Positions 1 to 8,258 of a stretch of 64,000 bases of DNA are shown in pieces. How positions within the stretch are numbered: position 1 is the first letter of the stretch; each line of letters begins with the position of its first letter. The notes under the pieces were generated by a model. That model made no database searches. It saw only the letters and a list, made by a program, of their open reading frames with translations, and was not told where the DNA came from. This DNA comes from Patescibacteria group bacterium. Its GTDB lineage: Bacteria > Patescibacteriota > Minisyncoccia > Phycocordibacterales > WO2-35-19. Where the stretch lies: contig JBBTSI010000003.1 of the NCBI GenBank assembly GCA_038064735.1, forward strand, positions 21,154 through 85,153. The letters are read 5' to 3'. Both the position numbers and the translations under genes were made by a program.

Positions 1-81
1 TATGCATGTATTGGCGCTGCCATACTTCTGGGATCGAAGGTTATTGCGACAGCTATACAGGCCACTATTGAACAATTATAA
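1..81 (+). CDS. 3' end of an upstream ORF running into the window (hydrophobic C-terminus ...YACIGAAILLGSKVIATAIQATIEQL)
   Basis: Open frame from nt 1 to TAA at 79-81; hydrophobic tail only, no homology call possible. Confidence 0.25.
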   Translation, partial: YACIGAAILLGSKVIATAIQATIEQL

Positions 82-93
82 TAAAAAAACAAA

Positions 94-369
94 ATGGATT
101 TAACAGGCATAATAAATTTGTTTATAAGCTTAGGTCTCAGAATTATTCCACTTCTAGGTGCTGTGGCTTTCTTGTTTTTCGTTTGGGGTGTAGCCAGGTT
201 TATAAAAGCAGCCGGTAGTGAAAAAGAAGTCAAAGATAGTAAAAATATCATTATCTGGGGACTTATTGGTCTATTTGTTATGATGTCTGTATGGGGCATT
301 ATCTCTTTTATGCGCAGTGAATTTGATTTTGGAGATGGTAGTTTTGGTATTCCGCAAATACATTTTTAA
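94..369 (+). CDS. small two-TM membrane protein, T4SS pilin-like (VirB2/TrbC-like family expanded in CPR), paralog 1
   Basis: 91 aa with two hydrophobic helices; shares the motif FFWGVA(K/R)(Y/F)I..GSEK..KK.MIWGL.GLFVM.SVWGI with the next four ORFs. Confidence 0.5.
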   Translation: MDLTGIINLFISLGLRIIPLLGAVAFLFFVWGVARFIKAAGSEKEVKDSKNIIIWGLIGLFVMMSVWGIISFMRSEFDFGDGSFGIPQIHF

Positions 370-384
370 AATTATAAAAAAATT

Positions 385-702
385 ATGATAGCACTTATAG
401 ATTCAGCATTTGCCTTGATTAATAACATACTTATACCAATGGCTTTTGCTTTTTGTTTGTTTTATTTCTTTTGGGGTGTGGCCAAATATATAAGGACTGG
501 AGCGGGAAGCGAAAAGACAGCCGAAGAGGGCAAAAAAACGATGATTTGGGGCCTTGTTGGTATCTTTGTAGCTTTTTCGGTCTGGGGTATAATTATCTTT
601 ATAAGAAATGAATTAGGAATACCTGGTATAGATAGCATAGAAAGACCAACCAATGAGAATGTTACAACAAGTGTGCATTTTGGTAACCAAAGCAATCCTT
701 AG
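385..702 (+). CDS. T4SS pilin-like small membrane protein, paralog 2
   Basis: 105 aa; same conserved two-TM motif as 94..369; tandem paralog. Confidence 0.5.
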   Translation: MIALIDSAFALINNILIPMAFAFCLFYFFWGVAKYIRTGAGSEKTAEEGKKTMIWGLVGIFVAFSVWGIIIFIRNELGIPGIDSIERPTNENVTTSVHFGNQSNP

Positions 703-729
703 TTATTATTAATTTAGTAGTTTAAAAAC

Positions 730-1194
730 ATGTCAAATAAAATTTATAAAATCAGTTTTGCTTTCTTGATTGCGACGGCTCCTTTTTTTGCTTCTGCTCA
801 ATATCTTCACAGAACAGCTGGTCTTTTGAATGATTTTAGTGGTATTGTGTCAAATATACTTGTTCCTCTGGTTTTTACCTCAGCTCTTCTCTTCTTTTTT
901 TACGGAGTGGCCAAATATATTTGGTCTGCCGGTGATAAAGAAGAAAGCAAAAAAATAATGATTTGGGGTATAGTCGCTCTCTTTGTTATGTCTTCGGTTT
1001 GGGGTATTGTGTATTTCATAAGAGGGGAACTTGGCCTTACTGATGATTCTAATATACCTATACCAACTCTGGGAGATGCGTCTTCTGGTGGCAGTATTGT
1101 TAATAACAGCACTGATAATTCTGATTTTAATGTGAGTGAAGCAGAACAATACGCTCCTTCTACCAACCCTGGAGGTGGCGCATACCAACCGTAA
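730..1194 (+). CDS. T4SS pilin-like small membrane protein, paralog 3 (N-terminal signal-like segment, Gly/Ser/Asn-rich C-tail)
   Basis: 154 aa; conserved core FFFYGVAKYIWSAGDKEESKKIMIWGIVALFVMSSVWGI; tandem paralog. Confidence 0.5.
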   Translation: MSNKIYKISFAFLIATAPFFASAQYLHRTAGLLNDFSGIVSNILVPLVFTSALLFFFYGVAKYIWSAGDKEESKKIMIWGIVALFVMSSVWGIVYFIRGELGLTDDSNIPIPTLGDASSGGSIVNNSTDNSDFNVSEAEQYAPSTNPGGGAYQP

Positions 1195-1295
1195 TCCTGT
1201 GGATTACCTTATTGTGACTGTGTAGATATAGTTGTATTATTAAAGTATTAAAAATGGTCGTTTATTTAATTATTAATTATTAGTTATAAAAAATT

Positions 1296-1634
1296 ATGAA
1301 AAAATTAGCGTTAATTGTTGGAGCTTTGGCACTACCTTTGGTTTCTTTCGCTCAGCTAGATAATGTGAGCAGTTTAATTACCAGCATAGGTAACATTGTA
1401 AATCAAGTCATTCCTATATTGTTTGCTTTGGCTTTGCTCGGTTTCTTCTATGGTTTGGTAATGTATATCTTTGGCAAAGAAGACAACAAAGATCAAGCCA
1501 AAAAGACTATGATTTGGGGCGTAGTCGCTCTCTTCGTTATGGCTTCAGTTTGGGGTTTGGTAGCATGGCTTGGTACTGCTCTTGGTGTTGATCAAACTGG
1601 TGCAGTGGATGTTCAAAATCTTATTCCACAATAA
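1296..1634 (+). CDS. T4SS pilin-like small membrane protein, paralog 4
   Basis: 112 aa; signal peptide-like N-terminus; core GFFYGLVMYIFGKEDNKDQAKKTMIWGVVALFVMASVWGL. Confidence 0.5.
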   Translation: MKKLALIVGALALPLVSFAQLDNVSSLITSIGNIVNQVIPILFALALLGFFYGLVMYIFGKEDNKDQAKKTMIWGVVALFVMASVWGLVAWLGTALGVDQTGAVDVQNLIPQ

Positions 1635-1661
1635 TTTAGTTTTCTTTCGGGTAAAAATAAA

Positions 1662-1705
1662 AAGCGGGGTGTGAAATACACACCTTGCTTTTTATTTTAA
1701 TTTAC
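1662..1705 (+). terminator. rho-independent terminator after pilin paralog 4
   Basis: Imperfect GC stem aagcggggtgtg/cacaccttgctt followed by tttatttta. Confidence 0.4.
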
Positions 1706-1725
1706 TTGAATGCTATAATATATTT

Positions 1726-1992
1726 ATGTCCTCAGTAACTGAACTTTTAGGTAAAATAGCTGTACTTTTCATAAACCCACTTATTATATTGGGTTTTGTG
1801 TTGGCTACTATATATTTGTTTTATGCTGTTGTGCAAATGATATGGGGCGCAGATGATGGCAAGTGGGACGACAAAAAGAAAAGTGTAATGTACGCCGTCA
1901 TTGGTCTTTTTGTAATGTTTTCTGTATATGGTATTTTGGGCGTAGTACTTGAAACTTTCAATATCCCCTGTGAAGGTTTGTTTTTCTGTTAA
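1726..1992 (+). CDS. T4SS pilin-like small membrane protein, divergent paralog 5
   Basis: 88 aa; two TM helices; retains ..KKKSVMYAVIGLFVMFSVYGI.. core. Confidence 0.4.
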   Translation: MSSVTELLGKIAVLFINPLIILGFVLATIYLFYAVVQMIWGADDGKWDDKKKSVMYAVIGLFVMFSVYGILGVVLETFNIPCEGLFFC

Positions 1993-2009
1993 AAATTTTT
2001 AAATAAAAA

Positions 2010-2043
2010 AAGGAGAGGTTACGCTTGCGCGCGTCCTCTCCTT
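2010..2043 (-). terminator. rho-independent terminator for the minus-strand gene 2048..3127
   Basis: 9-bp stem aaggagagg/cctctcctt; on the minus strand it is followed by a T-run (tttttttattt). Confidence 0.45.
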
Positions 2044-2047
2044 GCTG

Positions 2048-3127
2048 TTACTCATTAAACTTCACTACTATGCCGAAGCTTTCCAATTCTCTTGATTTGA
2101 ATTGGAAAGCGCGGACACCGGAAGGAATCTTTGGTTCAGACCCTTCTTCTTTAGGGAAGTCTTCTTCTATCATACCGTTCCAACGAACGGTAAACAGTCT
2201 GGTGTTTTTCGCTCCATCGTCCAAAAAAATATTTCTGGCACCTTTTGGAACTAAGATCACCGGACCATAACGATCTACCGGAGCTTCTGCGATTCTGACA
2301 GCTTTTTCTCCCTCTCTTTCTTCCGTTTTTCGGAAATTATCGCCGAAAGCATTCAGCTTTCGGATTTGAGCCCTGATTAGATCCCTGTCATACATTTGGG
2401 GTCCGAAAGACATTGTCCCAGAAGAAGCTCTTCTAGTTTCTTGCTGACGATTACCGTACCCTAGCATAGCTAGTTTTGGCTCCCAGCAATCCTTACTTTT
2501 AGGATCTGCTTCCCAATGTTTGGTGCCGGATTCTGCATATAGAACTCTGGCGTACCCTTCATTACCAGCTTCAGTCCTGATATCAAATCCCATTTTTTTG
2601 GCACGATCTTCGTGCAGGGAAGCCATGATACCATGTTTGCCGATAGCTGATGAATTAGGATTTTTTATAAGATTTCCTTCATCATCAAACTGACGGCCAC
2701 TGCCGGGTGTCCCATTTCCTGATTCGCAACCTCCGATAACTGATAAAGCGAGGTCTACTGGTGCAGGCAGGGAAGCGATAGTTTTGTTGGCAACATCCTT
2801 TTTGCTTTTAGAGTAAAAATGATGATAAGCACCAAAGCCTATCCACAAAATCAATCCTGCCCCCAAAACAAATCCGAGTATAGGTTTGAAGAAATTCCAG
2901 GCTTCGTTTGGAACCTCTTTTTCTTTTTGTTCCTCCTTTTTTTTGGGTGTAGTAGGGGCGGCAGAAACTGTTTCCGTAGAAACTGTCTCTGCTGTCACTG
3001 GTTTGGTTTTTGGTTCTGGCACTTTCTTTTTGTTTTCGAAAAAAGAAGGAAAGAATTCGTTTCTTTTTTTAAAAAGAACAAATCCTATTAAAGCAATCAC
3101 GATAATTACTGTCCAAGTTATTCCCAT
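2048..3127 (-). CDS. membrane-anchored protein with a possible transglycosylase-like (Rpf/VirB1-like) cell-wall hydrolase domain
   Basis: N-terminal TM, Lys/Glu/Thr-rich linker, second TM, then IGGCESGNG...GRQFD...W..C resembling the transglycosylase-like CESGG core; sits beside the pilin array. Confidence 0.35.
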   Translation of the reverse strand: MGITWTVIIVIALIGFVLFKKRNEFFPSFFENKKKVPEPKTKPVTAETVSTETVSAAPTTPKKKEEQKEKEVPNEAWNFFKPILGFVLGAGLILWIGFGAYHHFYSKSKKDVANKTIASLPAPVDLALSVIGGCESGNGTPGSGRQFDDEGNLIKNPNSSAIGKHGIMASLHEDRAKKMGFDIRTEAGNEGYARVLYAESGTKHWEADPKSKDCWEPKLAMLGYGNRQQETRRASSGTMSFGPQMYDRDLIRAQIRKLNAFGDNFRKTEEREGEKAVRIAEAPVDRYGPVILVPKGARNIFLDDGAKNTRLFTVRWNGMIEEDFPKEEGSEPKIPSGVRAFQFKSRELESFGIVVKFNE

Positions 3128-3264
3128 TTCTCCTCCTAAGATTTTAAAAGTAGTTTTATGTCAATATATTGCAATTCCTTATATATTATAGCATATCCAT
3201 ATAAAAAAGCAACCCCTGATAGCAAAATCATTAAGATTTTCTAAAAGGGGTTGTAAATAGAGGA

Positions 3265-4494
3265 CTAATTTGAAGGAGATTGGGTTGGTTTAGGACTTGA
3301 AGGTACGGTATTAGTCGGTTTGAGAATTTCCGCTGCTCCAGCCAAAATCCCAGTGATGTCAGACAGGTTGCCTGGCACGAAAATCGTCTTGTCACCTTTG
3401 TTGGTTTTCATGACTTCTTTCCATGCTTCTGTCTTTACAATCAGCTCGCCTCCAGGTAAAGCTGCAGCTTTCGCCATAAGTTCCAAGGCTTTAGCTTCAC
3501 CTATACCTTCTTGCTCTAGTTTATGTCTTTTAGCGTCTGCTTGGACTATCATTACATTTGCTTCCGCTGTCCCTGCCTGCTCAGCCTTTTCACGGTCTGA
3601 TTTTGCTGTTCGGACGGTAGCAATTGCTTTTCCATCGGCAGCAGTAATTTCTGCAACGCGATTTGCTAATGCTGTATTTGCTGCGTGCGGAATCCCGATA
3701 TCTTTAATACGGACATCTTCAATATCCACACCCCATGAGTCATTCTCAGAAAGAGTTGGATTTCTTATTCTGGCATTTGGATCTACCACCAGGTCTTCTA
3801 CAGCCTCTTTCATTTTATTGCTGAGCACGTCCAGTTCTTGGCGCGCCTTGGCAAGAAAAGTTTTTCCGGCTTCTTCAGACAAAACGCTTATACACACATT
3901 TTTTATCCGTTCAAGCGCTTCATCCAGTCCGCCAACCCTTTCGAGCAAAAATCTGAGATTACTGATTTTGAATCTATAAAACAGATGCGGATCAGTAGTC
4001 ACTGCTTTAGCAAAAGGCTCGTCTTCGAAGGGCGCTTTATCATCCTTGTCTAGTTTTGATGATTTGATGTCACCCCAACTTATCCGTATTGGCTCTTCCA
4101 TTACAAACCAAGCTTCCGAATCTTTAGATTTTTCCACTGATTTTTTAGCCTTTTCGTCTAAGGTACCAAAATCTACCTGAATCGATTTTTTAGTAGCAGG
4201 GCGTACATAGTAGAAAGGCCATAAAGCGAAATGAGGTCCGGAACTCCATTCGTTAAGAAAAATTCCAAAAAATACTGGAATAGCTCTATCTGTTGGACCA
4301 ACAATCCTTACGCTCAAAATGGCGTGGCAAACCGCTACCGCTATGACAACGATATACCACTTGATTCCGCCAGGGAAGGGTTTCGCATGACCAATGATGA
4401 ACAGTGTTAAAGCGATTGCAAGATAGAGTATCGCGACAACCAAGGGTAACCATTTCGCAAACCACAAAGCAATTCGACTTGTGTTTTTTGCCAT
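3265..4494 (-). CDS. SPFH/band-7 (flotillin/HflK-like) membrane protein
   Basis: ATG at 4494 preceded by AAGGAG; two N-terminal TM helices, SPFH-like core and a coiled-coil Ala/Glu-rich C-terminal segment. Confidence 0.55.
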   Translation of the reverse strand: MAKNTSRIALWFAKWLPLVVAILYLAIALTLFIIGHAKPFPGGIKWYIVVIAVAVCHAILSVRIVGPTDRAIPVFFGIFLNEWSSGPHFALWPFYYVRPATKKSIQVDFGTLDEKAKKSVEKSKDSEAWFVMEEPIRISWGDIKSSKLDKDDKAPFEDEPFAKAVTTDPHLFYRFKISNLRFLLERVGGLDEALERIKNVCISVLSEEAGKTFLAKARQELDVLSNKMKEAVEDLVVDPNARIRNPTLSENDSWGVDIEDVRIKDIGIPHAANTALANRVAEITAADGKAIATVRTAKSDREKAEQAGTAEANVMIVQADAKRHKLEQEGIGEAKALELMAKAAALPGGELIVKTEAWKEVMKTNKGDKTIFVPGNLSDITGILAGAAEILKPTNTVPSSPKPTQSPSN

Positions 4495-4625
4495 AACTTT
4501 TCTCCTTTTTAAATTGTCAATGTTGTAAATAATTACAATTGCAAGTCCTGTTATAAGTATACCATACCTACATAAAAAATGCAAGGGGTGGAGTTGCAGA
4601 GTTTAAATTATGTGCTAAAATAAGG

Positions 4626-4984
4626 GTAGATTCTCATTCCGGACAGTAACTCCGTGAGATAGTTTATAATTATCTTACAGAGAGGAAAGTCCGAACACAC
4701 ATCCCGTAAAATTGCTTTGCAATCACGGGATAGCAGGGTAGCGGGTAACGCCCGTCTGGAGCGATCCAAGAGGTGCGAACAGTGACGCCAGAGCCGAAAG
4801 GTCGAGGGTTCCTTAGGGAATAATCTGATAGAAATATCAGGGTGCAACGACTAAATCCTTACTTGTGTGCAAGGCCGTGTCCCGAGAGCAATCGAGGGAA
4901 GTGCCGCTAGATTCCGATGGTAACATCGGAACAAGATAAATTACTGTAAATCAAACAGAATTCGGCTTACGAGAATGAGAGTCC
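4626..4984 (+). ncRNA. rnpB: RNase P RNA (bacterial type A)
   Basis: AGAGGAAAGUCCGAACAC (GGAAAGUCCGG consensus) near the 5' end and ACAGAAUUCGGCUUAC (ACAGAAcCCGGCUUA consensus) near the 3' end; P1 pairing gattctcattc/gaatgagagtc. Confidence 0.8.
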
Positions 4985-4990
4985 AAAAAT

Positions 4991-5020
4991 GCAAAATCCG
5001 CCCTTACCGGCGGATTTTGC
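4991..5020. terminator. bidirectional rho-independent terminator between rnpB and tRNA-Leu
   Basis: Perfect 12-bp hairpin gcaaaatccgcc/ggcggattttgc with T-runs on both strands. Confidence 0.55.
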
Positions 5021-5024
5021 TTTG

Positions 5025-5105
5025 TGCTGGGGAGAGGACTTGAACCTCCACTCCTTACGGAACTGGTTCCTAAAACCAGCGCGGCTACCATTACGCCACC
5101 CCAGC
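5025..5105 (-). tRNA. tRNA-Leu(UAG), type II with long variable arm
   Basis: Hand-folded cloverleaf: acceptor GCUGGGG/CCCCAGC, anticodon loop UUUAGGA, T-loop UUCAAGU. Confidence 0.75.
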
Positions 5106-5277
5106 AATTTTTTGTCGTCACAAATATTTTTTAATGCTTGTCGTCACAGATAATCTCATTTTCGTCAAAATGAAATTTCCGCGACCCCGACTCGCTTATT
5201 TTTCTTGCTAGAAAAACATCGCTACGCCTCGGACTAGGAATAAAAAATCCAAAGCAGTTTGGATTCTTTATTCCTAG

Positions 5278-5350
5278 TCCGCCCACCAGGGATCGAACCT
5301 GGGACTTTCTCCTTAAGAGGGAGTTACTCTACCAGCTGAGTTATGGGCGG
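5278..5350 (-). tRNA. tRNA-Lys(CUU)
   Basis: Hand-folded: acceptor CCGCCCA/UGGGCGG, anticodon loop CUCUUAA, T-loop UUCGAUC. Confidence 0.65.
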
Positions 5351-5363
5351 AACAAAATTCATT

Positions 5364-6098
5364 TTAATGTAAATTTGTAGGTTTGGCAACATTTTTTAAT
5401 TTGTGCCATCTTTTTTCAATTAAACTGACTTGCGGAGCGATGTCTTTAAGTACTGCTTGTGTCCAGCCGTAAACTTCATATCGGTGGTCAGTTCCTTTTG
5501 GGACTTCAACTCTCATTGTTCCATAATAGAGATTATTTTTTTTATAATTACTACTTAATGGTTTTATGTAGCTTTTGCCAAATTTTTTAACTGGAATTCC
5601 TGTTAAATCTGACCAAAATTTTTTGATTTGTTTTTCTGATTGTTGAGGGTAAATATTTAATCTGGCTGTAAGTTTGTATGGAGGTATTTTAAATATTTTT
5701 TCAACCCATTTTACCCAAAATAAAATTAAATAAGGATCAGAATTGGTCATTTGAAACATTTTGGTTTTGCTGCCCTCTGCCCAATATAATGCCGACCCAA
5801 ATAGACGATAGGTTTCTTCGGTTATTGGTTTTTTTATTTCCAGTTCTGCTTTTTCTATAATAATTGAAACTTCTTTTTCTCTCCTTTGTTTTTGGCAGTA
5901 TTCTCCAGAAGTGAGCATGTGTATTTGTTTGGTATACAATCTCTGCCTGTCTTTGGGCAACAAGGGGACACCTTTAAGCCACAAGCTAAGTGTACTTTTT
6001 GGTATTTTTAGTTTTTTAGATATTTGCCCATAACTCATTCCTTTTTTTCTTAAAACTTCTGCGGGTTCTTTTTTTAAATTTTTATTTACTTCCTCCAT
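5364..6098 (-). CDS. HTH domain + LAGLIDADG-like (single-motif) homing-endonuclease-like protein
   Basis: N-terminal MSYGQISKKLKIPKSTLSLWLKG helix-turn-helix; LFGSALYWAEGSK resembles a LAGLIDADG motif; 14 nt upstream of and co-oriented with tRNA-Lys. Confidence 0.45.
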   Translation of the reverse strand: MEEVNKNLKKEPAEVLRKKGMSYGQISKKLKIPKSTLSLWLKGVPLLPKDRQRLYTKQIHMLTSGEYCQKQRREKEVSIIIEKAELEIKKPITEETYRLFGSALYWAEGSKTKMFQMTNSDPYLILFWVKWVEKIFKIPPYKLTARLNIYPQQSEKQIKKFWSDLTGIPVKKFGKSYIKPLSSNYKKNNLYYGTMRVEVPKGTDHRYEVYGWTQAVLKDIAPQVSLIEKRWHKLKNVAKPTNLH

Positions 6099-6191
6099 AC
6101 CATAGACTATATCACATATAGTCTATGGTCTAAATAAAAAATGTGGATAAGTTTTTCAAAAAGATTTTATCAAAAAATATAAGATAGGGTT

Positions 6192-6947
6192 TTATCTGAA
6201 GTCGTCGGTGAAAAATTCGTAACCGCCGATGAGTACCGGAGTGGAGAGGAAGTACCAAATAATGACGTCGTCGAGTGGGAAAACTTTGCCGAAAATATAA
6301 GTTTTGAATAAATATTCTCCCGGCCACCACCAACTGCCAACGATGAGAGAAATGATTTCATAATAGAAAAATATTAAAGCGAAAAATAGAGTTGGCAAGA
6401 TTACTTTTTTCATAAGGGCAGGTTTGTTCCAGAAAATTATAATTGCCGGTATGAACAAAAGCGGAATGGAAATTGAAAAATAATTTAGAGTGACCAAATC
6501 TTTGTTTATGAAAAAAATCGTATAAATCGTGGCGGCGCCAAAAATATATATCGCGGTGAGCAGTTTGAGTCGCGGTGATATTTTTTTGCTTGAATCTTTG
6601 TCTACGAAATATTCATAAAAGGAGAGAACCCATAAAAAGTTTAAGAAAGCGAAAATCATATTTTCAATTGGGATAAGTCCGAATGGCCGTATGATGACCG
6701 ATTGTACGTCCCAGACGTCTGCTAAACGGGCACAAAGCTCAATAGCTGGGGCTATGATAATAGCTGTAGTTAAAGAAAAGATGAGTATTTTTAGTTTTGA
6801 TTTTTTGAGCCAGAGCCAATTGGTCAGGGCCGGTGGAACCAAAACTAAAATAATAGAGATTAAATATGTTGGTTTAAATATAAAAACAAACAATCCCGCG
6901 ACCAGAACATAACCAAGGAGTAATAATATTTTTTTATTTGAACTCAT
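6192..6947 (-). CDS. polytopic integral membrane protein, unknown function
   Basis: Start set at internal ATG (MSSNKK) because the longer ORF would overlap the tRNA-Leu 3' end; about 8 predicted TM helices. Confidence 0.5.
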   Translation of the reverse strand: MSSNKKILLLLGYVLVAGLFVFIFKPTYLISIILVLVPPALTNWLWLKKSKLKILIFSLTTAIIIAPAIELCARLADVWDVQSVIIRPFGLIPIENMIFAFLNFLWVLSFYEYFVDKDSSKKISPRLKLLTAIYIFGAATIYTIFFINKDLVTLNYFSISIPLLFIPAIIIFWNKPALMKKVILPTLFFALIFFYYEIISLIVGSWWWPGEYLFKTYIFGKVFPLDDVIIWYFLSTPVLIGGYEFFTDDFR

Positions 6948-6951
6948 ACTT

Positions 6952-7037
6952 TGGTGCTCGGGGCGAGACTTGAACTCGCAAGGCCTTGCGGCCAAAGGAT
7001 TTTAAGTCCTTCGTGTATACCATTCCACCACCCGAGC
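6952..7037 (-). tRNA. tRNA-Leu(UAA), CCA encoded
   Basis: Perfect cloverleaf: acceptor GCUCGGG/CCCGAGC, anticodon loop CUUAAAA, variable arm GGCCGCAAGGCC, 3' ACCA in the DNA. Confidence 0.8.
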
Positions 7038-7128
7038 AGTGATTTGTCAAGTCTATAAAATTTCTCAACAAATGAGGCCACGGTGAGAATCGCACTCACG
7101 CATATTCCTTTTGCAGAGGAACGCCTTG

Positions 7129-7863
7129 CTACTTGGCTACGTGGCCTTTATGAAAATCTATGATTTTCTTTACTGTTTTATCAATGTTTACTGGTCTGGC
7201 TTCAAAGTAATCATTGAACGTTTTGTATTTTCTCATAAAAAAAGTATTATGACTAGCTCTTTTGTACATTAGTTTGAATAGCTTTATAGAATCTTTATTA
7301 TTGAATATGAGCTGAAATGACCTGTTGCTTTTATAAATTCTCCCATTTTCAATCTTTTCGTTTGCCAATACAGTGTTCATTTTTTCCAAAAATATCTTAC
7401 TCCCGCTTGTAAAAAATGTTCTAATTCTTTTTATGATTATTTTACCAGTGTCGCTTATCGACTTTTCAAAATAAATACAACCATCACCATCAAAATATCC
7501 TCTTATAAAATGATTTAAATATTTGTTTGGAATATTAGGAAACTGCACAGTTAGAGATTTATTTGGATATAAACCATGTTTAATAAGATCATTATAAATT
7601 TTATGATTACCGATTTTCAATGTATAGAAAGTTTTACCCTTTAAGAATAACGATTTATTTTTGGTTATGTTGTGTTCCGAACCCATCATTTTTTTGATTC
7701 GTTCTGGAGAATCTTTGTCTGTACTTGTGATAGATAAATATAAAGCTCTAATATAGTCGCAATTTATTAATGTGCCGTCAGCATATACATAACCTAGTAC
7801 ATAGGCCATATTTGGAGACCATTTATTAAAAAAATTTTCGTTTAATTTATGTTTTATACCCAC
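7129..7863 (-). CDS. LAGLIDADG homing endonuclease, double-motif
   Basis: Two dodecapeptide motifs [11 protein letters not shown] and [12 protein letters not shown]; free-standing, 91 nt upstream of and co-oriented with tRNA-Leu(UAA). Confidence 0.7.
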   Translation of the reverse strand: MGIKHKLNENFFNKWSPNMAYVLGYVYADGTLINCDYIRALYLSITSTDKDSPERIKKMMGSEHNITKNKSLFLKGKTFYTLKIGNHKIYNDLIKHGLYPNKSLTVQFPNIPNKYLNHFIRGYFDGDGCIYFEKSISDTGKIIIKRIRTFFTSGSKIFLEKMNTVLANEKIENGRIYKSNRSFQLIFNNKDSIKLFKLMYKRASHNTFFMRKYKTFNDYFEARPVNIDKTVKKIIDFHKGHVAK

Positions 7864-7914
7864 CCTATAATTATAAGTGGTAATAAAGTATACTGCAAAA
7901 AGGTATGTTGATAA

Positions 7915-8253
7915 CTACTGGTGCTCGTTCAAAAGTTCATCAATCCTTTGGCGGTTGTGTTCGCCGGCGTCTATACAAAACTCTATCCTTGGAACGAAAC
8001 CAAAAGATTTTTTACTCATCACAAATTGACGGAAATCATTGCAACGCCGCTTGGCAAATTCTAAAGTGGCCTCTTCTTTTTCTATTGGTAAAACAGTGAA
8101 ATAAATAATAGCCCTTTTGCCTTTGTTGAGGATTTCAGCTTTGGTAATGGTTAAAAGGGAATCTTTGTTGGATTCCACTAAAAAGTATTCAGCTGCGAAT
8201 TTGGCCAGCAGGGAAGTTTGTTTTTCATCTTTAAATTTAATCGGAGTTTTCAT
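7915..8253 (-). CDS. rbfA: ribosome-binding factor A
   Basis: 112 aa; LLTITKAEILNKGKRAIIYFTVL matches the RbfA core; immediately downstream of infB (conserved infB-rbfA order). Confidence 0.7.
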   Translation of the reverse strand: MKTPIKFKDEKQTSLLAKFAAEYFLVESNKDSLLTITKAEILNKGKRAIIYFTVLPIEKEEATLEFAKRRCNDFRQFVMSKKSFGFVPRIEFCIDAGEHNRQRIDELLNEHQ

Positions 8254-8258
8254 TGGGT

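Noticed and set aside
2819-3191. Plus-strand ORFs 2819..3091 and 2886..3191
   Set aside because: Antisense to the Lys/Thr/Glu-rich linker of the 2048..3127 gene; low-complexity mirror ORFs
3320-4053. Plus-strand ORFs antisense to the SPFH gene
   Set aside because: Ala/Ser-rich mirror frames of a confidently assigned minus-strand gene
4608-4847. 79-aa minus-strand ORF
   Set aside because: Lies entirely inside the RNase P RNA gene on the opposite strand; no RBS; rnpB signature motifs explain the region
6192-6995. Longer start (MAARPCEF...) for the membrane protein
   Set aside because: Would overlap the 3' end of tRNA-Leu(UAA); internal ATG 6947 chosen
6952-7037. Possibility that tRNA-Leu(UAA) next to the LAGLIDADG gene is intron-split
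   Set aside because: The gene folds as a contiguous 86-nt type II tRNA with encoded CCA; no interruption in the anticodon loop
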